Of a DNA stretch of 64,000 bases, positions 50,201 through 57,200 are shown one piece after another. The translations under genes and the position numbers were made by a program. Source of the DNA: a virus; the IMG/VR virus record IMGVR_UViG_3300025401_000016, positions 1 to 64,000 of that record; one strand, written 5' to 3'. The notes under the pieces were generated by a model that was not told the origin of the DNA, ran no database searches, and was given only the letters and a program-made list of their open reading frames with translations. The first letter of the stretch is position 1. Every line of letters starts with the position of its first letter.

Positions 50201-52172
50201 TACTACATTAAATGGAACTACTTGGTCTACTCCTACAATAACACCTACCGTTACTACAAAATTAAATAGTTCAACTTATGCATTAGGTAAATTTGTAATT
50301 GTAGGTGATAATGGTACTATACTAACCTCAAGTGATGGGTTAACATTTGATAAAGTAATAGTTAATGTAAATTATAATTTCAATTCTATTACATTTGATG
50401 GTACATATTTGTATATAGGTGCAGATGGCGGCAATATTTATCGCAGTAACAATCCATCTACAACTTGGTTGGATGTTAGTGTTATTGGACAACCAAGCAA
50501 TCAAATAGATCCATTAGAAAAATTACCTTATGTAACAGTTAAAGGTAATGATTTCTTATTTGGTTATGGACCAGAAGAATTAGTTCCTGGTGTAATGACA
50601 GACATCGTATCGATACGTGTAATCACAACCCCTGGCAGTCATTGGGATGATAATGACTTGATACTTCAAAATGTAGGCGGTTCATATATTGGATATACAA
50701 ATTTCAATAAAGCGCACCAACTAGTTACTGTTACTGCACAAAAATTCAGTTTTTCTAATTTAGTTGTAAATCCTGCACAATTAAGTGTTTTCTTGTTTGA
50801 TTCAACTGATGGTACAGGAACAGGTACACGATTATATCAAACTATAGATTATACGATCAATTGGATTACTAAAGTAGTTACATTAGTTAATTCTGTAGAT
50901 TCAATGAAATCAATTGTAGTTGAAGTATATGAAATTGGTAATGGTAATCAATATGCTCGTGGTACATCTGATAATATTCCATTACAGACAAATAGTTTAA
51001 CTGGTCTTAGTGAAATACATATACAACATGCATATATACCGCAAGATAATAACCCGGTCTGTTACCATAATGGAAATAAACTTGTATATGAAACCGACTA
51101 TTTTGTCACCTATAGTGGCGGTGAGTACAACTATACAATAATAAGTTTTGCAAATACATATGATCAATCAATAGATTTCATTTCTTTTGCATTATTAGAT
51201 ACTAGTAAAAATCATCTTAACTTGTATGAAATTGGTTATTCAATTCCTGAGACACAAGTATTCAGTTATACATCTAGTAGTGTGTTTAATTTGTCAAGTA
51301 ATATTACTGTGAATACACCAAATGCAACAAATGCAATTGTTGAAAAGAATGGATTAAGATTAGCATCTAGTGATTACACAATTGATACGACAGCCAATAC
51401 ATTAACCATATCTGCATCATTGAGTGCAGGTGATCATGTTGCGATTACAACATTCAACGAAACGAAACGCTTATTCTTGAATACCAAAACAAGTACATCA
51501 TTGAGTGGAAGTAGCGTTACATTGACAATGGACCAACCAGTTGATTCCGGTACATATCCTGATGTCACTCCTTATTACTATACCAATGCATTAGTGTATA
51601 TCAATGGAAAAATAATAAGCCCTGACTTATACTCATTCCAAACTGGTACTAATACAATTACTATTACTCCTAAAACTTCTGTTAGTAGCGGGGACGTGGT
51701 AACAGTATTAGCGATGGTTACAGGAGCAACACCAAATAGCAATACATTCACGATTGATATTGATAAAAACTCAAATATGAGTATATATAGGGATAATGAT
51801 GTTGATGGCACTTGGTTAGTTCAAGATTTACTATTAACTGATGATACCATATATGTAAATGATGTTTCACGAATTGTAGATATTACAACGACTGATACTA
51901 ATATTGTACAGATTAACGGTGAGAAAATAAGATTTTTATTATTAGATCCTATCAATAATGCATTGGTTGGGTTAGTCCGCGGGGTATTAGGTTCAGCAGT
52001 CTCAGAAACTCATTCAAAATATGACATTGTTTATGGTAGAAATAATAAAGTAAAACTAGATCCAATGTACTATACAGAGACATGGGAAAGTAAAAACATC
52101 AATAGCAAGGGTGATCCATTACAATTAAGCACTGGTTCAGTACCCAATTTCTTAAATTACGGACATTATTAA
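35289..52172 (+). CDS. Giant baseplate wedge/structural protein (gp7-like), 5627 aa
   Basis: Follows gp6; N-terminal FLP.+F.T..N..FL..+; Y+.E+KPYH motif; FG-GAP-like propeller repeats, S.DG.TW (Asp-box) repeats and five GTG...ND modules. Confidence 0.75.
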   Translation: MVTRTRTIDFLPEIFQTRTNQLFLNATLDQLVQQPDFKKVQGFIGSKFGYGVKSTDTYLVEPDSVRNNYQLEPSVVFQKTGTSQAIDLITYPGIIDALRTESGINVSDNKLFNNQFYSWDSFVDLDKIINYGQYYWIPTGPESVNITTEKLLLDSTYTIINNPNTYDFSINGATPIVGNPEITLVRGGTYTFLVNQDTPFYIQTMPGISGVDPTKTNVSTREIYGVTNNGVPNSVMTFTVPMADAEDGYRYPVGITIDVVTTLDFNQVNGQYVFAIDGVTDLENKLLMFYGQDPNATSSVDGSILNQNLYRINYVPTSDPLQFLIQLTAYTSIPTEIRIDANSGKQFIGKSFVKNAVGEIILLPQITSNLNTLYYVDGTNDKKYGIIKLVDDVFSSVLNVNDILGSTNYVSPNGITFSNGLRVTFTGSVYPENYLNDSYYVEGVGTSINLIPSSQQIVTEPFGQYIDQPFDEAYFGTTPFDNSKDLPNVQDYITINRNSRDKNAWSRSNCWFHVDVLKTIANNNNISPIASAALASTTNRAKRPIIEFYPNLRLFDHGINGKDTIDYFDNITPNALSTIAGGSLNVYYPDGPTSALFDGARVVFAADNDINVRNKIYTCHVATINNKQIITLSVAFDGNIEYLDNVHVSRGESNAGYSFYFDGNQWLNCQEKQTVNQSPLFDLFDKNGNSLSDQEYYPGSDFKGCTLFEYLLGSNPLDPVLNLPISYSGVGNLNDIVFQTSLNANTFNYVINNTSYNEQVNIGYVHSYDKNNQLVRKIGWNTAVERSFQYQIFNFVYNSVTMPNGPIFVADVMIKDSMSTMWPTIVVYVDNSVVDSTNYTVTNTNDTTSITITSSISDGTHVDIMLYSDQTSNIGYYDIPTNLDHNPFNETITTLTSGDIRGHYKSICNNLAGNLIGTSFGANNYRDLGDVTGYGTRIIQNSSSLPIAAAFIRKQSANFFNGLIYNSNEYVKFKSTLVYTVDQQNYTPYDSAAYMLDDTLSIMVGVKSPDNSFFWSDMIPNQNPTISNSYAFRIGLSKALFPLSRVYDFTVANYYGVLAYVNRTVDGLPVQLQLAKDIDYVIVDNYLEIIVPLNDGDVITVNEYDQTYGSYIPNTPTKLGFYPKYVPTVILDDTYSTPTYFIIGHDGSYTKLYGEYNNGLLQDFRDKVLYEFELRVYNNMKVNTTFAIQPNDIRPGFFRDTGYSYDEYMSIYTTNFLNWVGLNRINYTNQFYDSTDDYTYNYNTAISSLSNTTFNSGNWRGIFLNLYDTCNPHDRPWEMLGFVIEPSWWQTRYGAAPYTSDNLLLWTDLSNGFIYNNGNSYIDKNYVRDGLLKIIPVDENGNLLSPFRIKGLIKRYKITDFKNNWSVGDVGPAEYSYIKSSSYPFDLMRIYALLKPSDFFCLGLDLDGYRYNTEFNQFLTDDRYRTSLTNINVYGNGQGLARSLQDQYAKHSYLNWLVDYLNQYGVGSSETIANTLASLDVRLAYRMAGFSDQNQLQFLIEKGSPNSTSNSLLIPDDSYSILLYQNEPNDIIVYSSVIVQKTLTGYKVFGNSQNKAYFLSYAPYYNNLVNPITVANTTVNIPITYTTTVITTPYGTEFSSVQLLCEFLKGYGNYLESQGMQFNDIENNVAITWDQMIAEILYWYNSGWEVGSTINVNPNANTLTIDTGSTVVQPLTDYTHNFVLNQNLVQFPLESLAITRIDTQFTVKSLSQADAISYFKSTLSSVEHAVVFNNVTVFNDVVFNLLTGLRQQRLYLRGTKSNNWNGTLYAPGFIINQSNVEPWTPNTQYYKGDTVLYKNSYYMANIPVIIPSDVFTASNWIKTQYQNIHKGLIANPNTRASESQLYYDTHSSNLQNDADLLGYSLIGYRPRSYLSDINLTDPSQVNLYQSMIALKGTENALNILQSIDLNAIQFNYSMYENWLVQKSEYGGILNQNFIEFTLDGGMLTGNPAIVSVIVDKPVSASQQEVPLYSLTNYGRLLDNTNILPLKTTQNTKGLPSAGYANLNDTTYYSYNLNQLPNSTIYNLYGDDYIYLADSNGDWGMYCAIPIKDVRVTHVINNLNGTVTITFTKSPLLNVGDMIGILNFDTRVDGYYTIDVVVNNTTYIITLTLSNNVTQVTSGTASFVFNLESVRLSSPIGLLNLSLPYEYSNNLVWVDSDKNNNWAVLEKSLNYTKQNFLGSISGNETYGDSVNYVPGVGYVVGDSTLGNVYTYAKTDNGYILRNTISHTPPFGKTIARNDEFLLVSSPDSSLTYIYIYRIVQSPEIEALVPEQILSFALDTPVGNTMTVSGDGQLLFLSIDGYRTNSLSDTWVIPPTVLVYKRNPSYTYQHIKSTQEITINGTPVYELMRLSEATLPDKKYFKVMGDQTVNGDIHTGARVTFYQYTQFGTSSIYSFGYIPQAYTKPAVVVTGGSGTSASFDVTLNQTRYTAAIHAAGTGYTVNDILTIPYTILDGLSTTNNLVIKVVTVSSTGQITSASIVSGVANGYNLNTDPADSQSVLFKATGFPNSSNNYLQQYRKYYLKLTGTIPVGTVISFDPTADIVDYTLTANNTYYGTLLTGITATNKVSTSGTGTVKFDVDVNGATYLNATPSLGYLGTGYAVNDTLTILGSSLGGVDTTNDLVLQVTAIGTSGSIAQVEIVSGTAVSSEYTTLYLDNSNLQATLFAETFIALDYGPSHVSSYILSDTSNAVYVYKNMLPNYVTIITSKYDIISDVTTYFTVEYIGYSVTGVNTYVRSVNNQFSLVGNLNNAISQDPATGLYSLGQVPTNSFGSSIANSYNGDKLFIGSPTSNFNDAIANVGYVYIYTRLSETWEVQYDVASTDFYTLILPWVPDPSSSVYINGAMLETNQYVVLNLLSQGCFLLIGPRVHAGDIITLSSPNFVLDARIASYDSLAQLHQGQKFGSSLACNISGSELLVGTPYDVTVKGQEGAVYRYTNEGKKFGTITALIAANNQLGATYILLNGYRVTIPASADAYDVANAINEFAVPNIIAYVYDAPTGENLLRIRLLNQDLISGDNKLNIAVFNGNFLYELGISSYIKTQTIREPHPQNSSRFGLKLAFNEASSFVVTAPRATRYLNTVFDLIDANNSHNNTVFDNNLTIFEDSFSNAGAAYVYDYVTPYKETLLNTGQFIFGQAVNDTIIDYGPTPEYGLSVAFSNNIIMVGSPNFKSNTQIQTLTFMGDGTTKRFGPLADGITIFQLLVKVDGLPLKAITDTMYYNGDGVRTIFPIPGQLQPSDLLVTVNNAQKVPYTDYITSGNNLTFTTVPGSGSVVAITGLSSNTFRLDSNMSGGLHILFYSAPSNNSVITVVENLTSSVNGYAAENGSVIIYENTKGITNWHTYRSPCEIVDVAKINKVQLYNNIDNTNLDSLDYFDPLNGKLLGAVKENIDYISSNDPAGYNSDVSHASGKNTWGQDHVGKLWYDTSTSKYLDYHQDDLSYNSSYWGYLFPGSIVSVYTWISSSVDPSMYKGPGTVYNTNLYAVSYSTTSASQLNATYYFWVRNTNTLYGDKTLTDTVLENYISDPQNSGITYFAPLTSNTFALYNSRDNINGLNTNIHIGYSSGNGQSVSHAEYELIRANFADDFLPGFIDNNLGITSPTGLYSVLLDSFAGADEAGEIVPNFRLPAYLQVGINVRPRQSMFINRFNALKNYLTYANNIIIQYPINDYSAPSFLYTTGEYYNTSNYWYNVYWWQTGYDNNTKTAVEVSTYSDLLKLTPTSGLIVGVRQNNKGKREIYIYNNNIWSRIGLQDGTIQFSSALWDYTNNLIGFGNSFFDTTPFGYFPSIETRYIIRALNEQIYVNELLEHRNKSLILIFEYIQSENIAGHNYLPWLNKSSFVDIDYVVRSLIQTPNYRPDNDILISGYVDEIKPYHSVVRNIEYKYTVQDNTETYSTDFDLPPLYNKTSGKFTSPNLVYNVKQLGTGNYLASDPIWQNTNYSDWINNYGLSLVDSPNYIVCLLKTYASAADSILYVNNARGLPIEGIMKIDNEVIAYNTIDIEHGTISGLTRGLNQTVVVEHFAGASVIMDLPAIVVLDSGRGYIDPPTVTAVIDTTIYPAPIVPAVLKPIMSGDRVVGVTVVNPGKNYPTVPEIVISSSYNVSFTSDQINYAASTIVLPTTYLVTGDLIRSTSDSSTQTTVADGYYYIYVLAQLVGGELVEITLHKSFSDSLAGNGKVQLVPPTNLVTYTFGLTAQAVPQVSNTVVRGLSPKLRFDRTSYEPKIVPWKPSLFYSSPYAGVGSDISQTLGLNYGTVINTIPDSGTVSPSGGTGATFTIYNMLLGGTYDAVIVHSGTGYHVNDVITIAGNLLNGATTANDCRITVTAVKNIYNNGQGMNQDSTSGSGTGALFIITSNGSTYTVTSGYHYGTGYVANDTITFVGTRFGGATPANDLVITVTSANASGAIAQGGFTYAGTPVNTGSITSVSVAGIPITANIGASATGVLLPITNSTTDGNGDIVVSFNYAVSGMTPAQIQGSPIYFYNSNEYYTYDDTLNSGAKLEIYRPRFDPYNLREEYTVKVISSGNIYNDNSVIVIAGTNLGGTSPANDATIFITTGEATGNHPISTVRVTGVSYDAFDIYYAKPVNNTDVQVYVDSTMKIPLKASHYTYTNYVSLSTGTNPVSYAYIPEPIYAGESYIYDESSYVIYNDIAYRCIQSNNDSTFIASKWVKVNQDDVNLNALDRIATYYSPTSNMLPKDIKQLIAGVSYPDNVYYGNSFSPEDSYPIDVVVAGQEFYPTNVNIISLIYDGTHYIGLSENSQHSSVLSSTDGIHYNNNTVSTQPLSVTSITYYDPYQQYLVTTGVAENPIMLSYDLENWVTVGATVNKFGVSHFDETPFDVNQISCPPGVLNSITVAQGYYYAAGETILSSPDGTTWTTVSPSDNSTRMLYCIKNIVTSHFDGFVAVGGETIVTSDAGTSAPATTNASTIIYSTDGVTWTVLTPYITTNTLYTICSSPTTIVVAGDNGCVYTTLNGTTWSTPTITPTVTTKLNSSTYALGKFVIVGDNGTILTSSDGLTFDKVIVNVNYNFNSITFDGTYLYIGADGGNIYRSNNPSTTWLDVSVIGQPSNQIDPLEKLPYVTVKGNDFLFGYGPEELVPGVMTDIVSIRVITTPGSHWDDNDLILQNVGGSYIGYTNFNKAHQLVTVTAQKFSFSNLVVNPAQLSVFLFDSTDGTGTGTRLYQTIDYTINWITKVVTLVNSVDSMKSIVVEVYEIGNGNQYARGTSDNIPLQTNSLTGLSEIHIQHAYIPQDNNPVCYHNGNKLVYETDYFVTYSGGEYNYTIISFANTYDQSIDFISFALLDTSKNHLNLYEIGYSIPETQVFSYTSSSVFNLSSNITVNTPNATNAIVEKNGLRLASSDYTIDTTANTLTISASLSAGDHVAITTFNETKRLFLNTKTSTSLSGSSVTLTMDQPVDSGTYPDVTPYYYTNALVYINGKIISPDLYSFQTGTNTITITPKTSVSSGDVVTVLAMVTGATPNSNTFTIDIDKNSNMSIYRDNDVDGTWLVQDLLLTDDTIYVNDVSRIVDITTTDTNIVQINGEKIRFLLLDPINNALVGLVRGVLGSAVSETHSKYDIVYGRNNKVKLDPMYYTETWESKNINSKGDPLQLSTGSVPNFLNYGHY

Positions 52173-52187
52173 TAGATAAATAACATA

Positions 52188-52334
52188 ATGAGTGAAAAAG
52201 AACCAGAAAAAATTGAAGTTGAAGAACAAAAAAAGCCGGTTGACGAACAATCCGGCATATACTTTAGCTCCAGCGTAAAGATTTACGATCCTAACACCAG
52301 TGAAGTGATAGTTCAAATTAGAGGCGATAATTAA
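52188..52334 (+). CDS. Small hypothetical protein (48 aa)
   Basis: MSEKEPEKIEVEEQKKPVDEQSGIYFSSSVKIYDPNTSEVIVQIRGDN*; GATAAATA at 52175-82; TAATG overlap with the next gene. Confidence 0.75.
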   Translation: MSEKEPEKIEVEEQKKPVDEQSGIYFSSSVKIYDPNTSEVIVQIRGDN

Positions 52335-52951
52335 TGTTTAATAGCATACCATTTACAATTAGAGGATTTCTAAAAATATATGATCCTGTGACACAGGAAG
52401 TATTTTTAGAAAAAGACAACGCTATTCACTATGAAAATATGAGCATTGCAATTGCTGATAGTCTTAGTAATAGGGGTGTAGGTACCATTTATCAAATGGG
52501 GTTTGGTAACGGTGGTAGTAGCGTGGATACTACTGGTATTATCACATATTTACCAACCAATACAACTGGACAAAATGCTAGTTTGTATAATCAAACATAT
52601 GCAAAAATCATTGATGATACAAACATATTAAACACCAATCCAATTAGAAATAAAATGAGTAGCAACCATTCAACAGGTAAAGTCTACACAGATATTATTG
52701 TTTCTTGTTTATTAGATTATTCAGAGCCATCTGGACAGACAGCTTTTGATAATGGTACATACATGCAAAGTGATTTTGTTTTTGACGAAATCGGATTATT
52801 AGCAAATTACGGAACAGATAGTAATGGTGGAAAAATAACTAAACTACTAACTCATGTTATTTTTCATCCAGTACAAAAAAGTTTAAACCGTCAAATTCAA
52901 GTTGACTATACAGTTCGTGTACAAAGCTTGACTAATATGGTTACAATTTAA
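52334..52951 (+). CDS. Baseplate-associated structural protein (gp8-like position)
   Basis: Follows the gp7-like gene; FVFDEIGL...LLTHVIFHPVQKS...DYTVR resembles baseplate/fibre-attachment domains. Confidence 0.55.
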   Translation: MFNSIPFTIRGFLKIYDPVTQEVFLEKDNAIHYENMSIAIADSLSNRGVGTIYQMGFGNGGSSVDTTGIITYLPTNTTGQNASLYNQTYAKIIDDTNILNTNPIRNKMSSNHSTGKVYTDIIVSCLLDYSEPSGQTAFDNGTYMQSDFVFDEIGLLANYGTDSNGGKITKLLTHVIFHPVQKSLNRQIQVDYTVRVQSLTNMVTI

Positions 52952-52978
52952 CATAAATATATAACGGAGAGACATTAA

Positions 52979-54232
52979 ATGGCGGCACAATATACAATAT
53001 TACGTAGCAATGGTCAAGTATTGACTACGATTCAAGATGGAACAATTAATACAACAAGCACATCGCTTTCATTGTTTGGCAGAAATTCTAGTCAATATGG
53101 AGCCGCACTTGATACTAACTTTGTTCAGTTGCTAGAAAATTTCAGTTCTCCCACACCACCTGCGAATCCAATCAAGGGTCAATTGTGGTTCAATAGTTCA
53201 CAGAATACATTGAATGTATGCCCTGCTGACAATACAAGTACTGCTACTGCATGGATTACATTAACAAGTACAAATTCAGGTGGAACTGCAACATTAGGTA
53301 ATTTAGTAGTAACTGGTAATGTTACATCTGGAAATGCAAGTTTAGGAAATATTGCAACTGCAAACAACTTTACAACAGGCAATGCTACGATTACTGCAAA
53401 TGTTACGGCAGCAAATGCATCATTTACAAACGCAAATATAAGTACACTTAAAACACAAATTCTTACTGCTGGTGGAACTAGTGTAACAGGAACATTAACA
53501 GGATTATGGTCTGCCGTAGGCACAAGTTCAGGAAATGCATTAACCATTCAAACTGGAAACTTAGCAGTTAACAATACTGGAAATGTATATGGTATCTTAT
53601 GTGACAAATATATGTACGCAAATGGACAACCTTTTAATCCAAGTGGAACATACAATGATGCAAATGTATATACTTTCTTAACTGGAAGTAGCCCAGGTGG
53701 TGCACCAAGTAGCCCATTCAACGGAGCATTGACTCCTTCTTCATTAACAACTAGCAATATATCAGCTGGTCTTACTGCTGCAGCAACAGGCAACATCACA
53801 GGTACATGGACATTGACTGCAGGATCTACAATTCAAGCAACATATGCTGACTTGGCAGAACGTTTTGAATCAGATATGACTTATGATGAAGGAACAGTAG
53901 TTGAATTAGGCGGTGACAAAGAAGTTACTGCAGTGGTAGATGAATTGAGTGACAGAGTATTTGGTGTAGTTAGTATGAAGGCTGCCTATGTTATGAATAG
54001 CCAACATGGATATACTAATGAAACACATCCAGCAATCGCACTAAGTGGTCGTGTACCAGTTAAAGTTATTGGACAAGTTCGCAAAGGTGATAGATTAGTG
54101 AGCGCTGGTAAAGGTAAAGCTAGGTCTGCTACAAAAAATGAAGCAAATGCATTTAATACAATAGGTCGTGCATTAACAGATAAAGATACTTCAGATGAAG
54201 GCATAATTACAGCGTTTGTAACAGTTAAATAA
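52979..54232 (+). CDS. Tail fibre with C-terminal autocleaving chaperone (Peptidase_G2-like)
   Basis: N-terminal NFV.LLENF....P.NPI.GQLW attachment domain; C-terminal YADLAE...GTVV...GVVS...+AL.GRVPVKV.G.V.KGD.LV; CATAAATA at 52952-59. Confidence 0.75.
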   Translation: MAAQYTILRSNGQVLTTIQDGTINTTSTSLSLFGRNSSQYGAALDTNFVQLLENFSSPTPPANPIKGQLWFNSSQNTLNVCPADNTSTATAWITLTSTNSGGTATLGNLVVTGNVTSGNASLGNIATANNFTTGNATITANVTAANASFTNANISTLKTQILTAGGTSVTGTLTGLWSAVGTSSGNALTIQTGNLAVNNTGNVYGILCDKYMYANGQPFNPSGTYNDANVYTFLTGSSPGGAPSSPFNGALTPSSLTTSNISAGLTAAATGNITGTWTLTAGSTIQATYADLAERFESDMTYDEGTVVELGGDKEVTAVVDELSDRVFGVVSMKAAYVMNSQHGYTNETHPAIALSGRVPVKVIGQVRKGDRLVSAGKGKARSATKNEANAFNTIGRALTDKDTSDEGIITAFVTVK

Positions 54233-54242
54233 GGATTTAGTA

Positions 54243-57200
54243 ATGACATATAAATCAAAGTCATTAGTACAAGCTATTGATTATAATACCATAATTGGTA
54301 CTGGTACTACAACTTCTAGTTCCACTGCTACAATTAATGTTGTAACATATTCTGATATCAATTATGGTACTGATAATTTACAGACAGTAGATATTTTAGT
54401 TCCAAGTACTTGGGATATCACAACTAATATTGGAACTCCACCAAAAGGTGTTGTACTTTGGATTCACGGTGGCGGTTGGATTATTGGTGATAAAAGCCAA
54501 GAACTTGGTGTTACTGTATCAAATGTACAACTTGAATACTTAGTAAAAGCCAATTATATAGTTGTAAATGCAAATTATAGACTAGCCGCAAGTACATCAC
54601 AAGATCCAACTCCTACTGGATTCTTCCCTAATAATGTCACTGACATACAACAAATTGTTAATTTTCTATTATCTGATGGTGCAGGATATACCAATGCACC
54701 TAATATTGGAGCTAGTAGAAATATGTGGAGATATACACGTGCTGCGGCTAAATCATTTGGTTTGATGGTTGCCGGTGGTTCTGCTGGTGGTCACTTGGCA
54801 ATAATGGGTGTAATGCAGAATGCATTGAATAACGGAGGCATTTTCCCTACATCTGTGTTAAGTATTGTAGGACCAATGAATCTAGTAACAGCCGGTGCAT
54901 CAGATGCACAGAATCCAGCTGGTACGGCAGCAGTAGGATTAATAAACACATACATGAATGGCGGAAATCCTGCATCAGCAAGCCCTTATTATCAACTATC
55001 AAATTGGTTAGCTAATAGCACTCTTGTTAATACAAATTGTAAATTTTACTTTTGGTATAATGATGCAGACACATTGGTACCAAATACAAGTATTGTTCCT
55101 TTCGCCACAAATTTACAAGCTGGATTAGCCAACGCAGCTAATGTCACACTTATTGAAGTCAATGTTGATAGTTCAGGTAATACAGGTGGTGCAGTTACAA
55201 GACCTGCAGGTAGTGATGGATATCCTACTATATACGCAGCCTCACATAACATTCCTGGTTTGGGCCCATATTCAATACCTTCTACATTAATTAATATAGC
55301 AACACAAGCGTTTCCTACAACATATACTCCTACTGTATTACCTAACTCAATAAATGCAGTATGGGGAACAGGCGTAGGTCCATCTGGTTATGGTCAAGCA
55401 CAATTAACGCCTATCGCAGATCCAACACTCAGTCATACAATTACTACAATCAGTGCCAAAGATTGGGAAAATGTAATAGCAGTTACTAATTTAATTGCAA
55501 ATCAACAGGGTACTACGATTCCTTCAATTACACCGCCTGTGATTGGTAGTAAAATTACAACAGATGCAAATTTAATAGCAGCCTTGCATTCAATCTATAC
55601 CAATAGAAATAATAGTGTACAACAAGGTACTCCATTAACCAATACAAAAACTAGTGCAGATACATGGAATAATATAATTGTATTTCAAAATGATTTAACA
55701 TTTACAGATCCAGATAGAACAAGATATTTTTTCAATTTAGGTGGACAAATAGAATTACAATTTAGTGCTACCGATGGTGCCTCAACTAGTATAGACCACA
55801 TATTCAATCAATTAGCAAGTAGTTGCGGATCTTTATACATTTCTGGTGTTAGTACAGGAACAGAAAACATTAATGGTGTTGTATATACTGGAGTAACGGT
55901 AGTAGGTGGTATACCTCCGACAACATCCAGTGGTAATATATTATTTACTACCGGTGGTTATTATGGTCTAACAACAGCTTATACTGAAATCTTTAGACGT
56001 ACTGTAGGCGGATCAGGTAGCGGAGCTGGTTCATATATAAGCGTATTAGCAAAAACAAACGGAACACACGGTAATAATGGTGATAATGGTACAGTAATCA
56101 ATATACAAACATGGTTTGTGCAAGTACCTAGTGGTATACACAATGTATCTGCTGGTACCACTGTTACATGTACAGTTATACCACCTTACTTAAACCCTAA
56201 CTCATATCCTGATATAACTAAATTACCGGCACATTATAGTCAAAGCGCAAGTGTTTATAAATTTAGCCAATCATGGGATGTACCAAGCAATTCATCAACT
56301 TATACTATTAATAACAAAACACTTGTAGCGGCAACATTAGGTGCCATCACATTTACTCCAACTACACAGGTTTCAGGAAAGCAATTTAGTATTAGTGTTG
56401 ATGCAAGTAATGGGTATGGATTAACATGGGCTATGACAATTGTTGGTGCTGCAAGTGCAACAAACTTGTCATACTCTGGTGCAATATCAACTGCATCAAC
56501 ATATACAATAAAGAAAGACGTACTTGCACCGTCAAAACCTGATACTTTGGTAGTTACTGTTACTATAGGTACAGGACCAAGTGCAGTCGTACAAACAGCT
56601 AATTATACAGTTACTGCTCCTGTATATACTAATACAGTAACAATGCCAACTAACAATAGTATAAACACAGGTGATACACTAACTATCGTTTTTGCTGGTT
56701 CGCCTAACGATACAATTACTGCTACTGGTTTATATCCGCCAGATCCACAAGACGATCCTACACAAGCTTATATAGTACCATCAATACCTCAAATATTTAA
56801 ACTAGATGCAACAGGTGCATATACATATACACATTCAAATTATGCATCACTCGTACCAGTAAGCCCATTCAAATTTACATTTGTATTTGGAAATGATTCT
56901 AAAACAATTATATCTAAAACATTAACTATAACACAAAGCGGTTCTAAACCAGTTAAAACTTATAATCTATATGCACAAGATCCTCAAGGTAATCCTAGTA
57001 GTGGAGTAAAACCCGGGGATAGCATATATTTTATATTAAAAACTACAAACGTACCTTATCAAACTCAAGTACCATTTACTATTGGTGGTATTAGTGCTCC
57101 GGCGGACGGAAGTATTGCATTAGCCGCAAGTGATTTTTCAAATATTAATCTAAATGGAAAAGATGAATCAATAGTAACAATTAGCGGAACACAAAATTTT

